From assembly GCA_951406725.2 (NCBI GenBank), contig OX597826.1, positions 55,304,001 to 55,368,000 on the forward strand: a DNA stretch of 64,000 nt, written 5' to 3'. The notes beneath the pieces are model-generated. The model was not told the origin of the DNA. It saw only the letters and a program-made list of their open reading frames with translations, and did no database searches. Position 1 is the stretch's first letter; the number at the start of each line of letters is the position of its first letter. Shown here piece after piece: positions 12,674 through 26,648 of this stretch. Source of the stretch: Octopus vulgaris (taxonomy: Eukaryota). The position numbers and the translations under genes are program-made.

Positions 12674-13167
12674 CCGTAAATCCTCGAGTATAGTCCGTCC
12701 TTGAGTATAATACGCAGGGGATTTTTAGGGGGGGGTTGTACCTCTGAAAAACCTAAACCTTGTGTATAATACGCACCCCTTCTCTAACTTGAATCGTGCG
12801 TAATTAAGCCAGCAACACCTAGTCGAACAAACACTTCCGCGCATGCGTAATACAATAATGATATTCTTAATTGTTATATGGGAATGTAAATATGTTTGCA
12901 AATTATTTTTGTTACATGTTATTCTGTGTTCTGAATACTTTTATTTTAATAAATGTTGCTTACTGCAAGTTATAGATGGTTCTTCATTGCCTTCAGACTT
13001 AGCTTAAGGTATTTTTGCACCCGACATCACAAAATGCGTCTGAATAAATATTGCCGGGCATTGCTTAGAAAATATTTTTCATTTTTAACCTCGTATATAG
13101 TACGCACTAGGGATTTTGACCTTTAAATTTTGGGGAAAAAGTGCGGATTATACTCGAAGATTTACGG
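12674..13167. mobile_element. Tc1/mariner-superfamily (Tc2/pogo-like) MITE
   Basis: TIRs ccgtaaatcctcgagtatagtccg / cggattatactcgaagatttacgg, TA on both sides, sub-terminal gtataatacgcac-like repeats, no ORF. Confidence 0.9.
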
Positions 13168-13169
13168 TA

Positions 13170-13300
13170 CTGATTACTTGTAGCGCAACTTAAGTTCTTG
13201 TATCACACTACATACATACATGTATCCCCATTACAAGTTTAGGCTTATGTCTGTAATTATTGGGGCACTGGGATATGTAAAACATTGTATAAACACCAAG
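13170..13300 (+). pseudogene. Decayed restriction-like-endonuclease LINE 3' fragment
   Basis: YPHYKFRLMSVIIGALGYV resembles the P.IIGALG motif at the end of R4/Dong ORFs (compare IPIIVGALG in the 24898-25584 ORF). Confidence 0.5.
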
Positions 13301-13784
13301 TTTTCTCTTGCTATAAATACATCCAAAGCAATACTATTTCATGGACCCATAAAAATACCACTAGGGATCCCCAATCAGCCTTTTATTTTGTTTTATGGTC
13401 CCTGAAAAAACTTATGCGAACTCCCAGCGGGTATATGAACCCTTGTTGAGAACCAGTGGTAAAGGCTATATGTTATGTGTACTTTGTAACACGTTATAGG
13501 TTTGTAAACATATTTTTAATGGCTTGCAACTTCATAGGATATAAGTTATGTTAAATGTTCGTGTTATAATGTCGATAATTAGCTATTTAAGAGCCTGTGT
13601 TGCATTATTTTATTAGGTACTGATTGTGCGAAGTACAAACTGTATTCATTTGTTGAGTAATTATATTGCAAAATATATTTTATTTTGAGTTTATTATTGA
13701 GTTGTGATTGTGTAAAAGCTGAGTTGTGTTATATTATTGAGTGGCGACTATATCTATTTGACCTGTCATATTAGGTAAGATTTT

Positions 13785-14515
13785 AAAATCATACTCAATT
13801 TCTGTTCTTCCTAAAACCAATGTTAAAGGAATCGTGCAGCCAACAAACTATTGTAGTGATAAATTCTCTCTTCAGGAGAGTTTTCTTTTCATTTCAATCT
13901 TTCTCAGTAACTCCCCTGATGGTGTAATTTCACACATCCAGTTCACACAGCCATGTTTTTATTCTGCGTTTAGTAAAGTCAGTGACGTTGTTTAACTATC
14001 CAAATAATTTTATACATTCCATCATTCACGAATCGGGAATCGAATTATAAGTTCCCTTCTAATCTGCCCAGGCTATTTCCAAGTCCCTACGTCTGCTGTT
14101 CCAATCTTTCAATATCTTTGTGTCTATTAGAAACTGTTCTTTAGTCCCTCTACTGATCCTAGACAGCCAAAAATGCATCGTAGGATGAGAAGAAAGACCA
14201 AAGTTTTGCTTCTTCTAGCAGACAAGCTGTCCCTCTGACAATAGCGTTTCTGCTTCAAAACAATATATACATATCATTTGCAATAATTACAGTTAAAAGT
14301 TTCCACATCAAAGGAAGGCAAAACATTACGTGAAAATTGTCTTTTAACACCACAATAATTCTTCACATATAATCCATGCAAGCAATCTAGCCTCAATGCT
14401 AATAATCTTATTCAGTTCCACGAATATCTTCTCCGTTTACTGCATTGCAGTAAACTATGGACAATTGTGTTGAACTGTTGCGTAATCGTATAAAGTAAGT
14501 CGTGAATTGCTGTTT
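13785..14515 (-). pseudogene. Decayed R4/Dong-type reverse transcriptase
   Basis: Minus strand gives CLPLMWKLLTVIIANDMY...SRGTKEQFLIDTKILKD...LEIAWAD*KGTYNSIPDS*MMECIKLFG, matching TCLP.MWKLLT..I / SRGTKDQLLID / AWIDYKKAYDSVPHSW. Stops and frameshifts present. Confidence 0.8.
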
Positions 14516-14580
14516 TTTTCTGACATAATAGTGTAATACTATAAGTATTACACCGTGTAGAGTCGTGTAGCATCATGTGA

Positions 14581-14777
14581 TATAAGAGGAAGTGCTGAAA
14601 AGTTCCTGGCTTTGGGTAAAAGAAAATACAGGACGGTTAGTTATGATATCATTCAACATATTCTCCTCTCAGATTCGCGGTTATTCTAAGGGCTGTAAAA
14701 GAACTCGGAAAGTTGGGCCTCCAACCAGTCCTTTTGCGACACCCTTGAAACAAGGAACTTTTTAGCAATGCTACGTA
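14581..14777 (-). mobile_element. Mariner-derived non-autonomous element
   Basis: Degenerate TIRs (gtgctgaaaagttcctggcttt / aaacaaggaactttttagca..cgta). Opposite-orientation relative at 28346-28553. Confidence 0.7.
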
Positions 14778-14789
14778 CTGTAATGTAGT

Positions 14790-15010
14790 ATAATGGTTTC
14801 AAGTATTGGCCCAAGGTGAGCAATTTTAGAAGCAATGGGGCTAGTCGGTTATCGATCCCATTGCCTAAATGGTAATGCTTTTTTTATCGACTCAGAAAGG
14901 ATGAAAGACAAACTCAACATCAGCAATATTTCCTATGAGACTGTAAAACGGAAGTAAGACCGCTAAGCAGTTACTCCGATGTGTTAACGATTCTGCCAGC
15001 TTGCCGCCAT
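14790..15010 (-). mobile_element. Old SINE family B copy
   Basis: atcgactcagaaaggatgaaagacaaactcaac core and aacgattctgccagcttgccgcc head, in reverse. Confidence 0.75.
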
Positions 15011-15317
15011 AGTGAAAAATAATAAAATGCAATGTGATAGAGTTCTGTGTGATGTAGTGTATCGTAGCGCAGTGTTGATGTGTCACATGACCTGTTCTCA
15101 TGTAGCGTAATGAAATGCAGCTTCGTCTTTTTATGTTTTACTTGCTTTAATCACTGGAGTGCAGCCATGCTGGGGCAACGCCTCGTAGGGTTTTAGCGGA
15201 ACAAATCGATCCCACTAATTATGATTTTTTTTTATGCAAGGTACTTATTTTATCGGTCTCTTTCATTGAACCACTTCTTTACGATGACGTAAACAAACTA
15301 ACACTGGTTGTAAAGGG

Positions 15318-15357
<40 letters not shown>

Positions 15358-15394
15358 CTTTACTCTTCTATTATTTTCAAAATTTACTCTTTTA

Positions 15395-15980
15395 TTTGCT
15401 TCAGTCATTTGATTGCGGCCATGCTGGATCACCGCTTTTAGTCCAATAAATCGACCCCAAGATTTATTCTTTGTAAGTTTGTAAGCCTAGTACTTATTCT
15501 ATCGCTCTCTTTTGCCGAACCACAAAGTTACGGGGTTGTAAATACATCAACATCAGTTGTCAAGCGATAGTGGAGACTCACAAGCACACGCACACATACT
15601 CACACACACATACACACACTCACACACACATATGTATGCGACAGGCTTCTATTAGTTTCCTATTTCTTTACTGCCCACAAGGGGCTACACACAGAGGGGA
15701 CAAGCAAGGACAGACAAACGGATTAAGTCGATTATATCGACCCCAATGCGTAACTGGTACTTATTTAATCGACCCCGAAAGGATGAAAGGCAAAGTCGAC
15801 CTCGGCCGAATTTGAACTCAGAACGCTTCTATCAGTTTCCTTCTACCAAATCCACTCACAAGTGTTTAATCGAGCCGAGACTATAGTAGAAAACACTTAC
15901 CCAAGGTGCAGTGGGACTGAACCCGGAGCCATGTAGTTGGTAAACAAGCTACTCACTACACAGTCACTTCTGCACCTATA
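15395..15980 (-). mobile_element. SINE A interrupted by a 5'-truncated SINE B (15661-15824)
   Basis: 16-bp target duplication gcttctat(t/c)agtttcc at 15645-15660 and 15825-15840 flanks the B copy. Confidence 0.88.
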
Positions 15981-16123
15981 TGTATATACTTTTACTCTTT
16001 TACTTGTTTCAGTCATTTGACTGCAGGTATGCTGAAGCACCGCCTTTAGTAGAGCAAATCGACCCCAGGACTTATTCTTCACTAAGTTACACATGTATGT
16101 GCGTCTGTGTGTATATGTATATT

Positions 16124-16663
<540 letters not shown>

Positions 16664-16779
16664 AATATATATATATACATACACATATATATATGTGTGT
16701 GTGTATATACAAACACACACATATAAAATCACATATGGCATAATATAATGTGTGCATTCTTTGTTGTGAATGCGATATT

Positions 16780-17600
16780 CTTAGTGTTCTACAATAAACA
16801 ATACTGCTCGTAATATCCTATAACGTTGCGATGTGTTCTATAGTAATCTAGAATTCTATCTTATTTAGTATTCTATAATATTGTATAGTATACTATAGTA
16901 TTATTTCGTCATCTCTAATATTGCGTAGTATTCTGTAGTGTTGTATATTAATGTGAGTACCCTGTAGTAGGCTACAGTATTTCATAGTACACTATGGCAT
17001 TATGTTGTACGCTACAGTGTCGTGTTGTATACTATAGAACTATATAGAACAGTATTCCATAGAGGTGCATATAAATCTAAAGTTTTATGTAGTTCTCTAC
17101 AGTGTTGTGCAGTTAATTGTAATACTATACAGTGTTCAATAGCGGTGCGTAGTAAATTGTAGAACTCTACAGTGTTTTATAATGGCGTATACTAATTTAT
17201 GACATTCAGTAGTACATCATAGTCTCGACTAAGGATACCATAGTACTCCGTAATATTCAGTAGTAATATGTAGTGTACTATAGAGCTCTGTAGTATACAA
17301 TAGTAATGCACATCATAGTCTATGGTGGTATGTACTAAACTATGACGGTAAGTAATACACTGGTAAGTAGCAGAACAATATGTAGAACACCTGTGGCCCG
17401 AGGAAAATTCTGAACGGTACGACTAACGAACCTGAGGATAAGCCAGTCTGATGAAATCCGCTTCAAAAGTGGTACTACTGCTTGGAGTATACTATAATAT
17501 TTTATAGAATACTATTGTACTGTGTAAATATTTTATCCCGCTGTGTGGTATCCTAATGGTTATGTATAATATATTGCAAAACCGTGTAATATCGTTGTGC
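16780..17600. repeat. Highly diverged ~11-bp tandem repeat (consensus near TAGTATTCTAT/TAGTATACTAT)
   Basis: Recurrent tagta..cta(t/c) units, e.g. tagtattctataatattgtatagtatactatagtatt. Confidence 0.65.
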
Positions 17601-17685
17601 GGGATTGTGATTCAAATATATTCACACATCTCGAAGATATTAATTCATATTACAACACAATATATATAAATAAATAAATAAATAA

Positions 17686-17728
<43 letters not shown>

Positions 17729-18054
17729 CATAATGCATACATATATGTGTATATATATATATATATGTTATATATAATTCTTGCCTATTGTAGTTCTTGC
17801 CTTTGGTTGGAATTCCCTCCATCGAACCAACACCTCTTGGAGGTTGAAGCAATGACAGATATCTAATGCCGCAACACTCCGCCCTGCCCTGCCCCCACCT
17901 TGCCCCACCTTGCCCCACCCCGCCCCGACGCCACTGCGCCAATATTACTTATTCTGTTACCATAGAGAAGCAAATGACAAGAACGAAGAACAAAGCAGCT
18001 CAACTATAACATTGTTTTGAATTCTTTTTCTCAAATAAATGGTAAACATATGAA

Positions 18055-18564
18055 CGGTGGGGGGCAAGAAATGGTAATGGTAGCGACGGTGGTGGTGGTG
18101 GTGGTGGTGGTTGTATTGGCGGTGATGGTGTGTGGTGGTGGTGGTGGTTATTGTGGTTTTGGTAGTTGCGAAGGTAGTGGTCGTGGCTGTGGTGATTGTT
18201 GTGGTTATTGTGGTGGTGCTGGTGGTGGTAGTGGTGGTGATGATGCTGGTGGTAGTTGAGGTGAGGTGGAGGTGGTGGTGCTGGTGGTGGTGGTGGAGGT
18301 GGTGGTAGTGGTGGTGGGTAGTGGTGATGTTTGGTAGTGGTGATGTTTGGTAGTGGTGCCGGTGGTAATGGCAGAGGTGGTAGTGGTGGTGGTGGTGGTG
18401 ATGGTGCGCGTGAGAGTGTTGATCTTCGCGGTGGTGGAGGAGCGGGTCCTGGCGATAGTGGTGGTGAAAGTGATGGTGGTAGTGGTTGGTGCGATGGGGG
18501 TGGTGACAGTGAGGATGGTGTTCCTGCTGCAATTTGTAGCCATTTGGTAATGTTGTTGCTGTTG

Positions 18565-18596
<32 letters not shown>

Positions 18597-18650
18597 GGTT
18601 GGGTGGGGGTCGAGTGCTGGTGATATTCCGGTTAATGGTGGTGGGGGCGA
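18055..18650. repeat. Degenerate (GGT)n/(GTT)n array
   Basis: Direct inspection; source of the poly-V/G/H/T ORFs. Confidence 0.92.
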
Positions 18651-18760
18651 TGAGAATGATGGGATACTTTAGGGGGATTTTCAAATATTTCAAAATGAAT
18701 TTTTTATTCTTATTATTTTTCAACTACATTAAAACATTCACCACACATACACAAACATAA

Positions 18761-18792
<32 letters not shown>

Positions 18793-18942
18793 GCACAAAC
18801 AAATGAATGTGTTTGTGTCTGTCTACGTGTGTATTTATGTGTGTGTGTGTGTGTGTGTCTGTGTGTTTGTGTGTTATAAAGTAGCAGGAATATATTTGTA
18901 AAAATAAATACTCACGCACGCAAATATACATATAATACTAAA

Positions 18943-18944
<2 letters not shown>

Positions 18945-18991
<47 letters not shown>

Positions 18992-19121
18992 TAATATATA
19001 GTATATATGTATATATAAGTATATACATATATGTATATATAAATATATATATATATGTACATATATATGTATATATATGTACATATATATATATATATAT
19101 ACATATGTATATATATGTATA

Positions 19122-19213
<92 letters not shown>

Positions 19214-19281
19214 ATGTGTATGTATTTATTCATACTCGCATGCATATACGTACATTTATTTAGAGAGAGGGGAAGTTTGAC

Positions 19282-19329
<48 letters not shown>

Positions 19330-20338
19330 GGATATATATATATTCGTACATATATATATATCCATATATATAGACATAGACGCAAATATGCATAGACACA
19401 GATGCATGCGCACGCGTGTATTTGCTCAGTGCTTGAGCGTGTTGACTCTCTGTACTGTGGATATCTCCATACGAATACACATGTGTGTATATAAACTCAC
19501 TTAGTGTATATAATGACTGACTTCACCCTCTTTGTACATACCTATATATATATCTGTATATATGAGTGTGTATGCGTGCATGCATGTGTGTATGTGTTTG
19601 TGCTCGCTTATGTATGTATCTCTTTATATATATGTATATATACATATGCGTGTATGTATATAAAATTATATATATTTATGTAAATTTATATATGTACACA
19701 CACATACATATATATATATACATATATATATTCACATATATATATGTACATATATATACATATATATATTCACATATATATATATGTGCATATATATATA
19801 TAAATATGTCTGTATGTATATATATGTTTATATACATACATACATACACACATACATACATACATACATACATACATACATACATACATACATACATACA
19901 TACATACATACATACATACATACATACATACATACACACATACATACATACATACATACACACATACATACATACATACCTACATACATACATACATACA
20001 TACATACATACATACATACATACATACATACATACATGCCACAACCTTTCCCTCTAGCAGTCGGCCTGACTACCTGCGATTTCGTTTGTCTTGTTTCCCT
20101 ATTGATCTGCATGTATGTTTATCTATTTGGTGATTTATCGATCTGTCTGTACCCCGTGTTTTCATCCGTCCATATCCCCATCTACAGTCGGTTCTTTATC
20201 TCCTTCTCTACATTATGCATGCATTCATGTATGTATGTGTGTACGTATGTATGCGTGTATGTATGTATGCATGCATGCATGTATGTATGTATGTATGTAT
20301 GTAATCTATCTATCTATCTATCTATCAGTCGTTCTGTA

Positions 20339-20385
<47 letters not shown>

Positions 20386-20386
20386 A

Positions 20387-20447
<61 letters not shown>

Positions 20448-20633
20448 CTATCTACCTCTATCTCTCTCCATCTATATATCTATCTCTATATCTCTCTATC
20501 TATCAATCTATCTATATATATATGTATGAATGCATATATATATGTATGTAAGCCTAGTACTTATTCTATTAACGAATCGTAAACATACCAGCATCAGTTG
20601 TCAAGCAGTATTGGGGGTGTTGGGACAAACACA

Positions 20634-20689
<56 letters not shown>

Positions 20690-21724
20690 TGTATACGACG
20701 GGCTTTTCTCAGTTTCCGTCCACTAAAGAAATTCAAAAGCTTTATTCGACCTGAGGCTATGGTAAAAGACACTTGCGTAAGGTGCCACGTAACGGGACCG
20801 AACCCAGAACCATGTGGTCGGTAAGCAAGCTACTTATCCCACTGCCACTCCTGTGCCTAACACACACACACACACACGCACACACACATATATATATATA
20901 TATCTGTTTGCTTATATCCATTTATCTATATATCATTATCTGTCTCTCCATTCAAATATACATACGTGTGCGCGCCTATTTGTGTATAAATGTATGTAAG
21001 TGTGAGGATGTGTGTGTGTGTGTGCGTTTGCCTATGCATGCGCCTGTTTGCGTGCACGAGAGCTCCTATACATAACCATATACTATAAATGCACGAAATT
21101 ACGTATACACATAAGTATAGACGAACGCACGTATGTATGTCGTAAGCCGTGTACATATACCCATCAGGAATTTTGTTGTTTTAAAATCTTCTATAGATTC
21201 CCAATAATTGGATATTCGGTGACATCAAATACTGATTGGATTCTGGGGGTAGAAGGATTCTGTTTTGACTCGTGCTTACATAATTTAGGCGGCGGATAAT
21301 AAAACAATACGAAATAGATATGTTGATACGGGTATATGCATGTGTACATGAATGTATGTGCCTGAAATTTAGATATTAGCGATACATATGTATGTATGTA
21401 AGTATGTATGTATCTATAAATACACACAGACACACATACACACACACACGCGCACACACACACGCACACACACATATATATTTATGTATATGTCTCTATA
21501 TGTGTGTCTGTATACATATATATCTTCATGTGTATGTCTGAATGTATACATGTGTGTGTATGTGTGTGTGTAGAGTATATATACATGTATATTTCTATAT
21601 TATATATATATATACATACACACGCATATTTCTACATACGCTTAGATGCAAACTTAAAATATACACATATAATCACAGATATATATAGATATTACTATAT
21701 AGATATATACATACATACATACGA

Positions 21725-21771
<47 letters not shown>

Positions 21772-21944
21772 TGTGTGTGTTTATATTCACACCTACACAC
21801 ACACACACACATACACATATGTATATATTGATATGGAAATATACTTCTTATATGTATATACGTATATATCTTTCTATGTATGTGTCTATATATTTATACA
21901 CGCTCCTACATACATACATACACACACACAAACATATATATGTG

Positions 21945-22012
<68 letters not shown>

Positions 22013-22070
22013 GGTATGTATGTATATATGTATATATGTGTATATTGGTGTTTATGTGTATATCTGTGTT
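18945..22070. repeat. Compound (TA)n/(TAGA)n/(TACA)n/(CA)n microsatellite region
   Basis: Direct inspection. Confidence 0.92.
20545..20857 (-). mobile_element. SINE family A copy
   Basis: gtaagcctagtacttattctat...(CA)n...cagtttccgtc...gccactcctgtgccta. Confidence 0.85.
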
Positions 22071-22645
22071 TTGCTGTTTCTGCCTTTAGTATATATGTGT
22101 GCTTTTTCTTCATAGTTACAAGTGTTCTTTAAATAAATTTGGTTATTCCTGTTTCAATATGAACATCAAAGATAACGAAGTAATAAAAGTTATTTTATTT
22201 CAGAAATTATTGAGTATAAACCTATGTTCTTGTCTCCTTACTAACATAACAGTTTTCTCGCGGCTTTCATGGAAGTCTCTAAAAGCAATTCTACAAATAG
22301 AAATTGAAAAAAAAAAAAAAAAAGAGCGTTGCTTGTTGGACCCGGTGGCTGTGAGCTTTTGTCGGTTATTTGATGTAGTTTTAAACATTCATTCACATAG
22401 AAACAAGTTTCGAATCTCCATCGCAGTCGTTGCTGTTTAATTTGTTTTGGTGATTAGATTTCGACCATGACGGAAGGAGGTGCCATCATGAATGATTTAG
22501 TCGCTCGAATTCGACGATGGTACTTATATGTAATACTTATGTTATTGGGTATTTTTATCAGAACCGTTAAGTGCCATTGAGACGAACAAGCCAACACCAG
22601 TTGTTAAGCGGGGTTTGCGTAACAGACACAAACACACACACAATA

Positions 22646-22782
22646 AGGCGGCGAGCTGGCAGCATCGTTAGCACGCCGGGCGAAATGCTTAGCGGTATTT
22701 CGTCTGCTGTTACGTTCTGGGTTCAAATTCCGTCGAGGTCGACTTTACCTATTTGTAACCCCTTGTGGGCAATAAAGAAATA
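22646..22782 (+). mobile_element. SINE family B, internally deleted
   Basis: aggcggcgagctggcagcatcgttagc head joined to the ccccttgtgggcaataaagaaata tail. Confidence 0.85.
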
Positions 22783-24136
22783 ACAAATACACACACACGC
22801 ATACGCACGTTCATACACAAGCCCACACACACACACACACATGAAATTGAATCAGTGGAGTAAATGCCTGTCCGTTCAGGAAACATTCAATGTAATGCGT
22901 TGCGTAATTCTGAGGACATTTATTAAAATGATTTGTAATAATTATTATAATATGTTAACTAAGACCCATTTCGTCCTTCTTTGCTTTTAGCCTCTGGATT
23001 CCGGTTGTGTGCCGGAGACAATGTTAAGTACGATGTCTTAAATAACGCACACAGCAACTATTTAAGACATCGTACTCGTACCAAAGTTCAAACCCCTTCT
23101 AAGCAGTGGAATATCGGAGATGCTAGAAATCTCGGCAACATTGTCATAAGAGGAAAGTGGAAGATAAAAGTAACAATAAACATTAGTTAAGAAGACCAAC
23201 TATCTGCGTTGAAGACATAAACGGTTACCACACCGGCAGTAGCCGTGTTGTGTTATTCACAAGTCGGGATAAGCAAAGATTGTGAGTTCGAGTCACCAAC
23301 GGAGCGGAGCATTTTCTATAGGCACAGACCAGTCTCTGGGTTTAAGAAGCTGTTTTGGGTTTAGTCCCACTGCAAGGCATCATGGGAAAGTGTCTGTTGC
23401 TGTAACCCCGGGCCGATCAATGCCTTGTGAGGGAATTTATTAGACGGAAACGGAGTGGAAAGTTACCGCCTAGCAACAAATATCACTACTTGTCAGTATG
23501 GATTCGCCTCTCCAATCCTAGTAGCAATACTACCGATTAGCCAAGATTCATATGTTCTCAGTCATAATTTCTGACAGTCACAAAGCCACATAATGTGGTG
23601 GGAGGAATTTAGTTGATATTATCAGCTTCAGTATGGTAGCTTATCTCGGTCTCCAAAGAAGAAATACCGTTAAGCATTTTGTAAGGCGTATGCTAACGAT
23701 CCTGCCGGCTCTCCGCCTTCAACAACACACATCAAGAACAACAATAAACATAGCAGCAATAATCCTTTCTACCATAAGAACAAGGTCTAAAAATTTGGCG
23801 GTGGTGGCAAGTCGATTTTATTGAACCCAGTGCTTGAATAAGCATCAGTAAGTAATCCACTTCTCTAGACATTACTCCTTCCACAACGTTAAACAGGTCA
23901 ATATTTTAGGGGTGACAACACCATATATGCAGTCCCTAACATCGTGACCACTACGAGTAACTCAAGGAATCACTTTTGGTTGTCTGGTATGCTAGAAATA
24001 ACACACAACCCTCCTTCACACGATACAGTGTCGTTTAAAAAAAAAGAAAGGACACATTGGATGGTTGATGTAGTCTCATCGTTTTGACAAGTTTACCCCA
24101 GCAAGATGGCCTAGGGTCTAAATAATAATAATAATA

Positions 24137-24477
24137 GACAACGTGTCTCTAAAAGAAATGGAGAAACTCTCAAAATACAAAGACCTGGAAATAGAGGTAA
24201 CTAGAATGTGGAATCTGAAAACAGAAACAATTCCTATCATAGTAGGTGCATTAGGCATGATAAAAAAAATATTCAGACAAATACATAACAAAAACACCAG
24301 GACTTACAAACACATATAACATACAGAAAATTGCACTACTAGGCACTGCACACATCCTACGCAGAACACTTTCCATACAATAACCATCAGAGCATCACAA
24401 CAAATCACAGCACATACCCAAGGCACACAGAACTGTGCTCGGTAGTGAAGTGAAAGCACGCTATAAAAATAAAACTA

Positions 24478-24480
<3 letters not shown>
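24137..24480 (+). mobile_element. 5'-truncated Dong/R4-type LINE 3' end in (TAA)n
   Basis: Almost identical to 25339-25687 (one extra A and a few other differences); (AAT)n on both sides. Confidence 0.93.
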
Positions 24481-24559
<79 letters not shown>

Positions 24560-24563
<4 letters not shown>

Positions 24564-24752
24564 TTTCAAATTTTGTTACAAGGCAGGTCGTGGAAGGTGG
24601 GGACGAGTCGATTACATTGACCCTAGTGTTCAACTGGAACTTATTTTTATCGACCCCGAAAGTATAAAAGGCAAAGTCAACCTCAGCGGAACTTGAAATC
24701 AGAACGTAAGCATTTCGTCCCACAAGCTAACGATTCTGCTAGCTCGCCGCCT
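24560..24752 (-). mobile_element. SINE family B (older tail)
   Basis: Reverse core and head ...aacgattctgctagctcgccgcc. Confidence 0.85.
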
Positions 24753-24754
24753 TA

Positions 24755-24831
<77 letters not shown>

Positions 24832-24833
24832 GT

Positions 24834-25684
24834 CCATGGTAAATACTGGACTAAACTAAACGCAAAAGAAATAGACAAAGAAAAATCCCAGCAATGGTTG
24901 AGAAGCTCAGGACTCAAAGCAGAAACAGAGGGATTTTTAATTGCAGCACAAGACCAAAGCCTCCCCACCAGAAATTACCAAAAACATGTAATGAAAAGAA
25001 ATATTACAAGTAACTGCAGAATATGTGGAGATGGACAAGAAACAATAAATCATATTATCTCTAGCTGCCCAGTCCTGGCTAAGAAGGAATATATTCACAG
25101 ACATGACAGAGTTGGAACTTACATACATTGGAAGCTATGCCAACATTATGGAATAACAACAGAAAAAAGATGGTATAGGCACACACCAGAAAAGGTCACA
25201 GAAAACGAGAAAGCAACCATACTCTGGGATATGCCGATACACACAGATAGAGAAATTAAGGCCAACAGACCAGATATAGTTGTCAGAGACCATGAAGAAA
25301 AAAAATGCTTTCTAATTGATGTATCAGTACCGGCAGATGACAACGTGTCTCTAAAAGAAATGGAGAAACTCTCAAAATACAAAGACCTGGAAATAGAGGT
25401 AACTAGAATGTGGAATCTGAAAACAGAAACAATTCCTATCATAGTAGGTGCATTAGGCATGATAAAAAAATATTCAGACAAATACATAACAAAAACACCA
25501 GGACTTACAAACACATATAACATACAGAAAATTGCACTACTAGGCACTGCACACATCCTACGCAGAACACTTTCCATACAATAACCATCAGAGCATCACA
25601 ACAAATCACAGCACATACCCAAGGCACACAGAGCTGCGCTCGGTAGTGAAGTGAAAGCACGCTATAAAAATAAAAATAAAACTA

Positions 25685-25687
<3 letters not shown>
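24834..25687 (+). mobile_element. 5'-truncated Dong/R4-clade non-LTR retrotransposon inserted in (TAA)n
   Basis: Open reading frame to 25584, ~100-nt 3' UTR, and (AAT)n on both sides. Confidence 0.95.
24898..25584 (+). CDS. C-terminal CCHC zinc knuckle and restriction-like (PD..D..K) endonuclease of an R4/Dong LINE (partial ORF, no true start)
   Basis: AAQDQSL.TRNY, CRICG...ETINHIISSC, RHD, RPDIVV...LIDV...EKLSKYKDL, PIIVGALG; uninterrupted frame. Confidence 0.93.
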   Translation: MRSSGLKAETEGFLIAAQDQSLPTRNYQKHVMKRNITSNCRICGDGQETINHIISSCPVLAKKEYIHRHDRVGTYIHWKLCQHYGITTEKRWYRHTPEKVTENEKATILWDMPIHTDREIKANRPDIVVRDHEEKKCFLIDVSVPADDNVSLKEMEKLSKYKDLEIEVTRMWNLKTETIPIIVGALGMIKKYSDKYITKTPGLTNTYNIQKIALLGTAHILRRTLSIQ

Positions 25688-25741
<54 letters not shown>

Positions 25742-26346
25742 CATAATAATAATAATAATAACAACAATAATAATAACAATAACAATGATAATAATAATAA
25801 TCACCGTAACAACAACCACATACCTCGTTAGGTTCTTATATCCATGCTCAGCTGTTAGTAGATTTGCTATCTTCTGAAACAGGTTTCTTACCGTCTTCAG
25901 TAACAACACACAACGCTGTAAAATATAGTCCAGAAGATTAAGACAATTAATGTACTGAACGAAAAGGAATGCTTAATTAATTAATATTACACTAGTAATG
26001 AGAGAATACAATCATTAGTGATAATTAAAATACTTGTCAGGCTTGACAGGGGAGGTAACTTTGAAGCTAGGATTGATTTGAATTTAAATGGCGGCGTGTA
26101 AGGAGACGTTAACTGTAAGAGAAATTCGTGAAGCAAAGCAGCAGCAGTAGCATTATCGACTCCTTTCGGATCTTATTCCTTAACCGCTCGGCCGGCCGTT
26201 GCTACATCGTATTATTTCCTTAATAAGCCGTGTATGTCTACATCTAAAGATTCACAGATATCTTTCGCTGATACAAATCTTGAGATATGTAATAAACAAA
26301 GAACAACGATTGGGTGGCGAGCGGGACGGAAACAATTTATAGCATC

Positions 26347-26382
<36 letters not shown>

Positions 26383-26389
26383 GTATATG

Positions 26390-26483
<94 letters not shown>

Positions 26484-26588
26484 TAAGTATTAAATGTAGA
26501 TGTAGATGTAGAAGTAAAGGGAAAAGATTAAGGAAAGAAAGAAGTAGGGGAAGTAGAAGAACTACGAGTGGATGATGAAGAGAGAGAC

Positions 26589-26648
<60 letters not shown>

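Noticed and set aside
17430-17462. ctgagga...ctgatgaaat hammerhead-like words
   Set aside because: No convincing stems I and II and no cleavage triplet.
22239-22252. Perfect TACTAAC branch point followed by AG
   Set aside because: Branch-to-AG distance is too short, there is no pyrimidine tract between them, and no clear downstream donor or frame.
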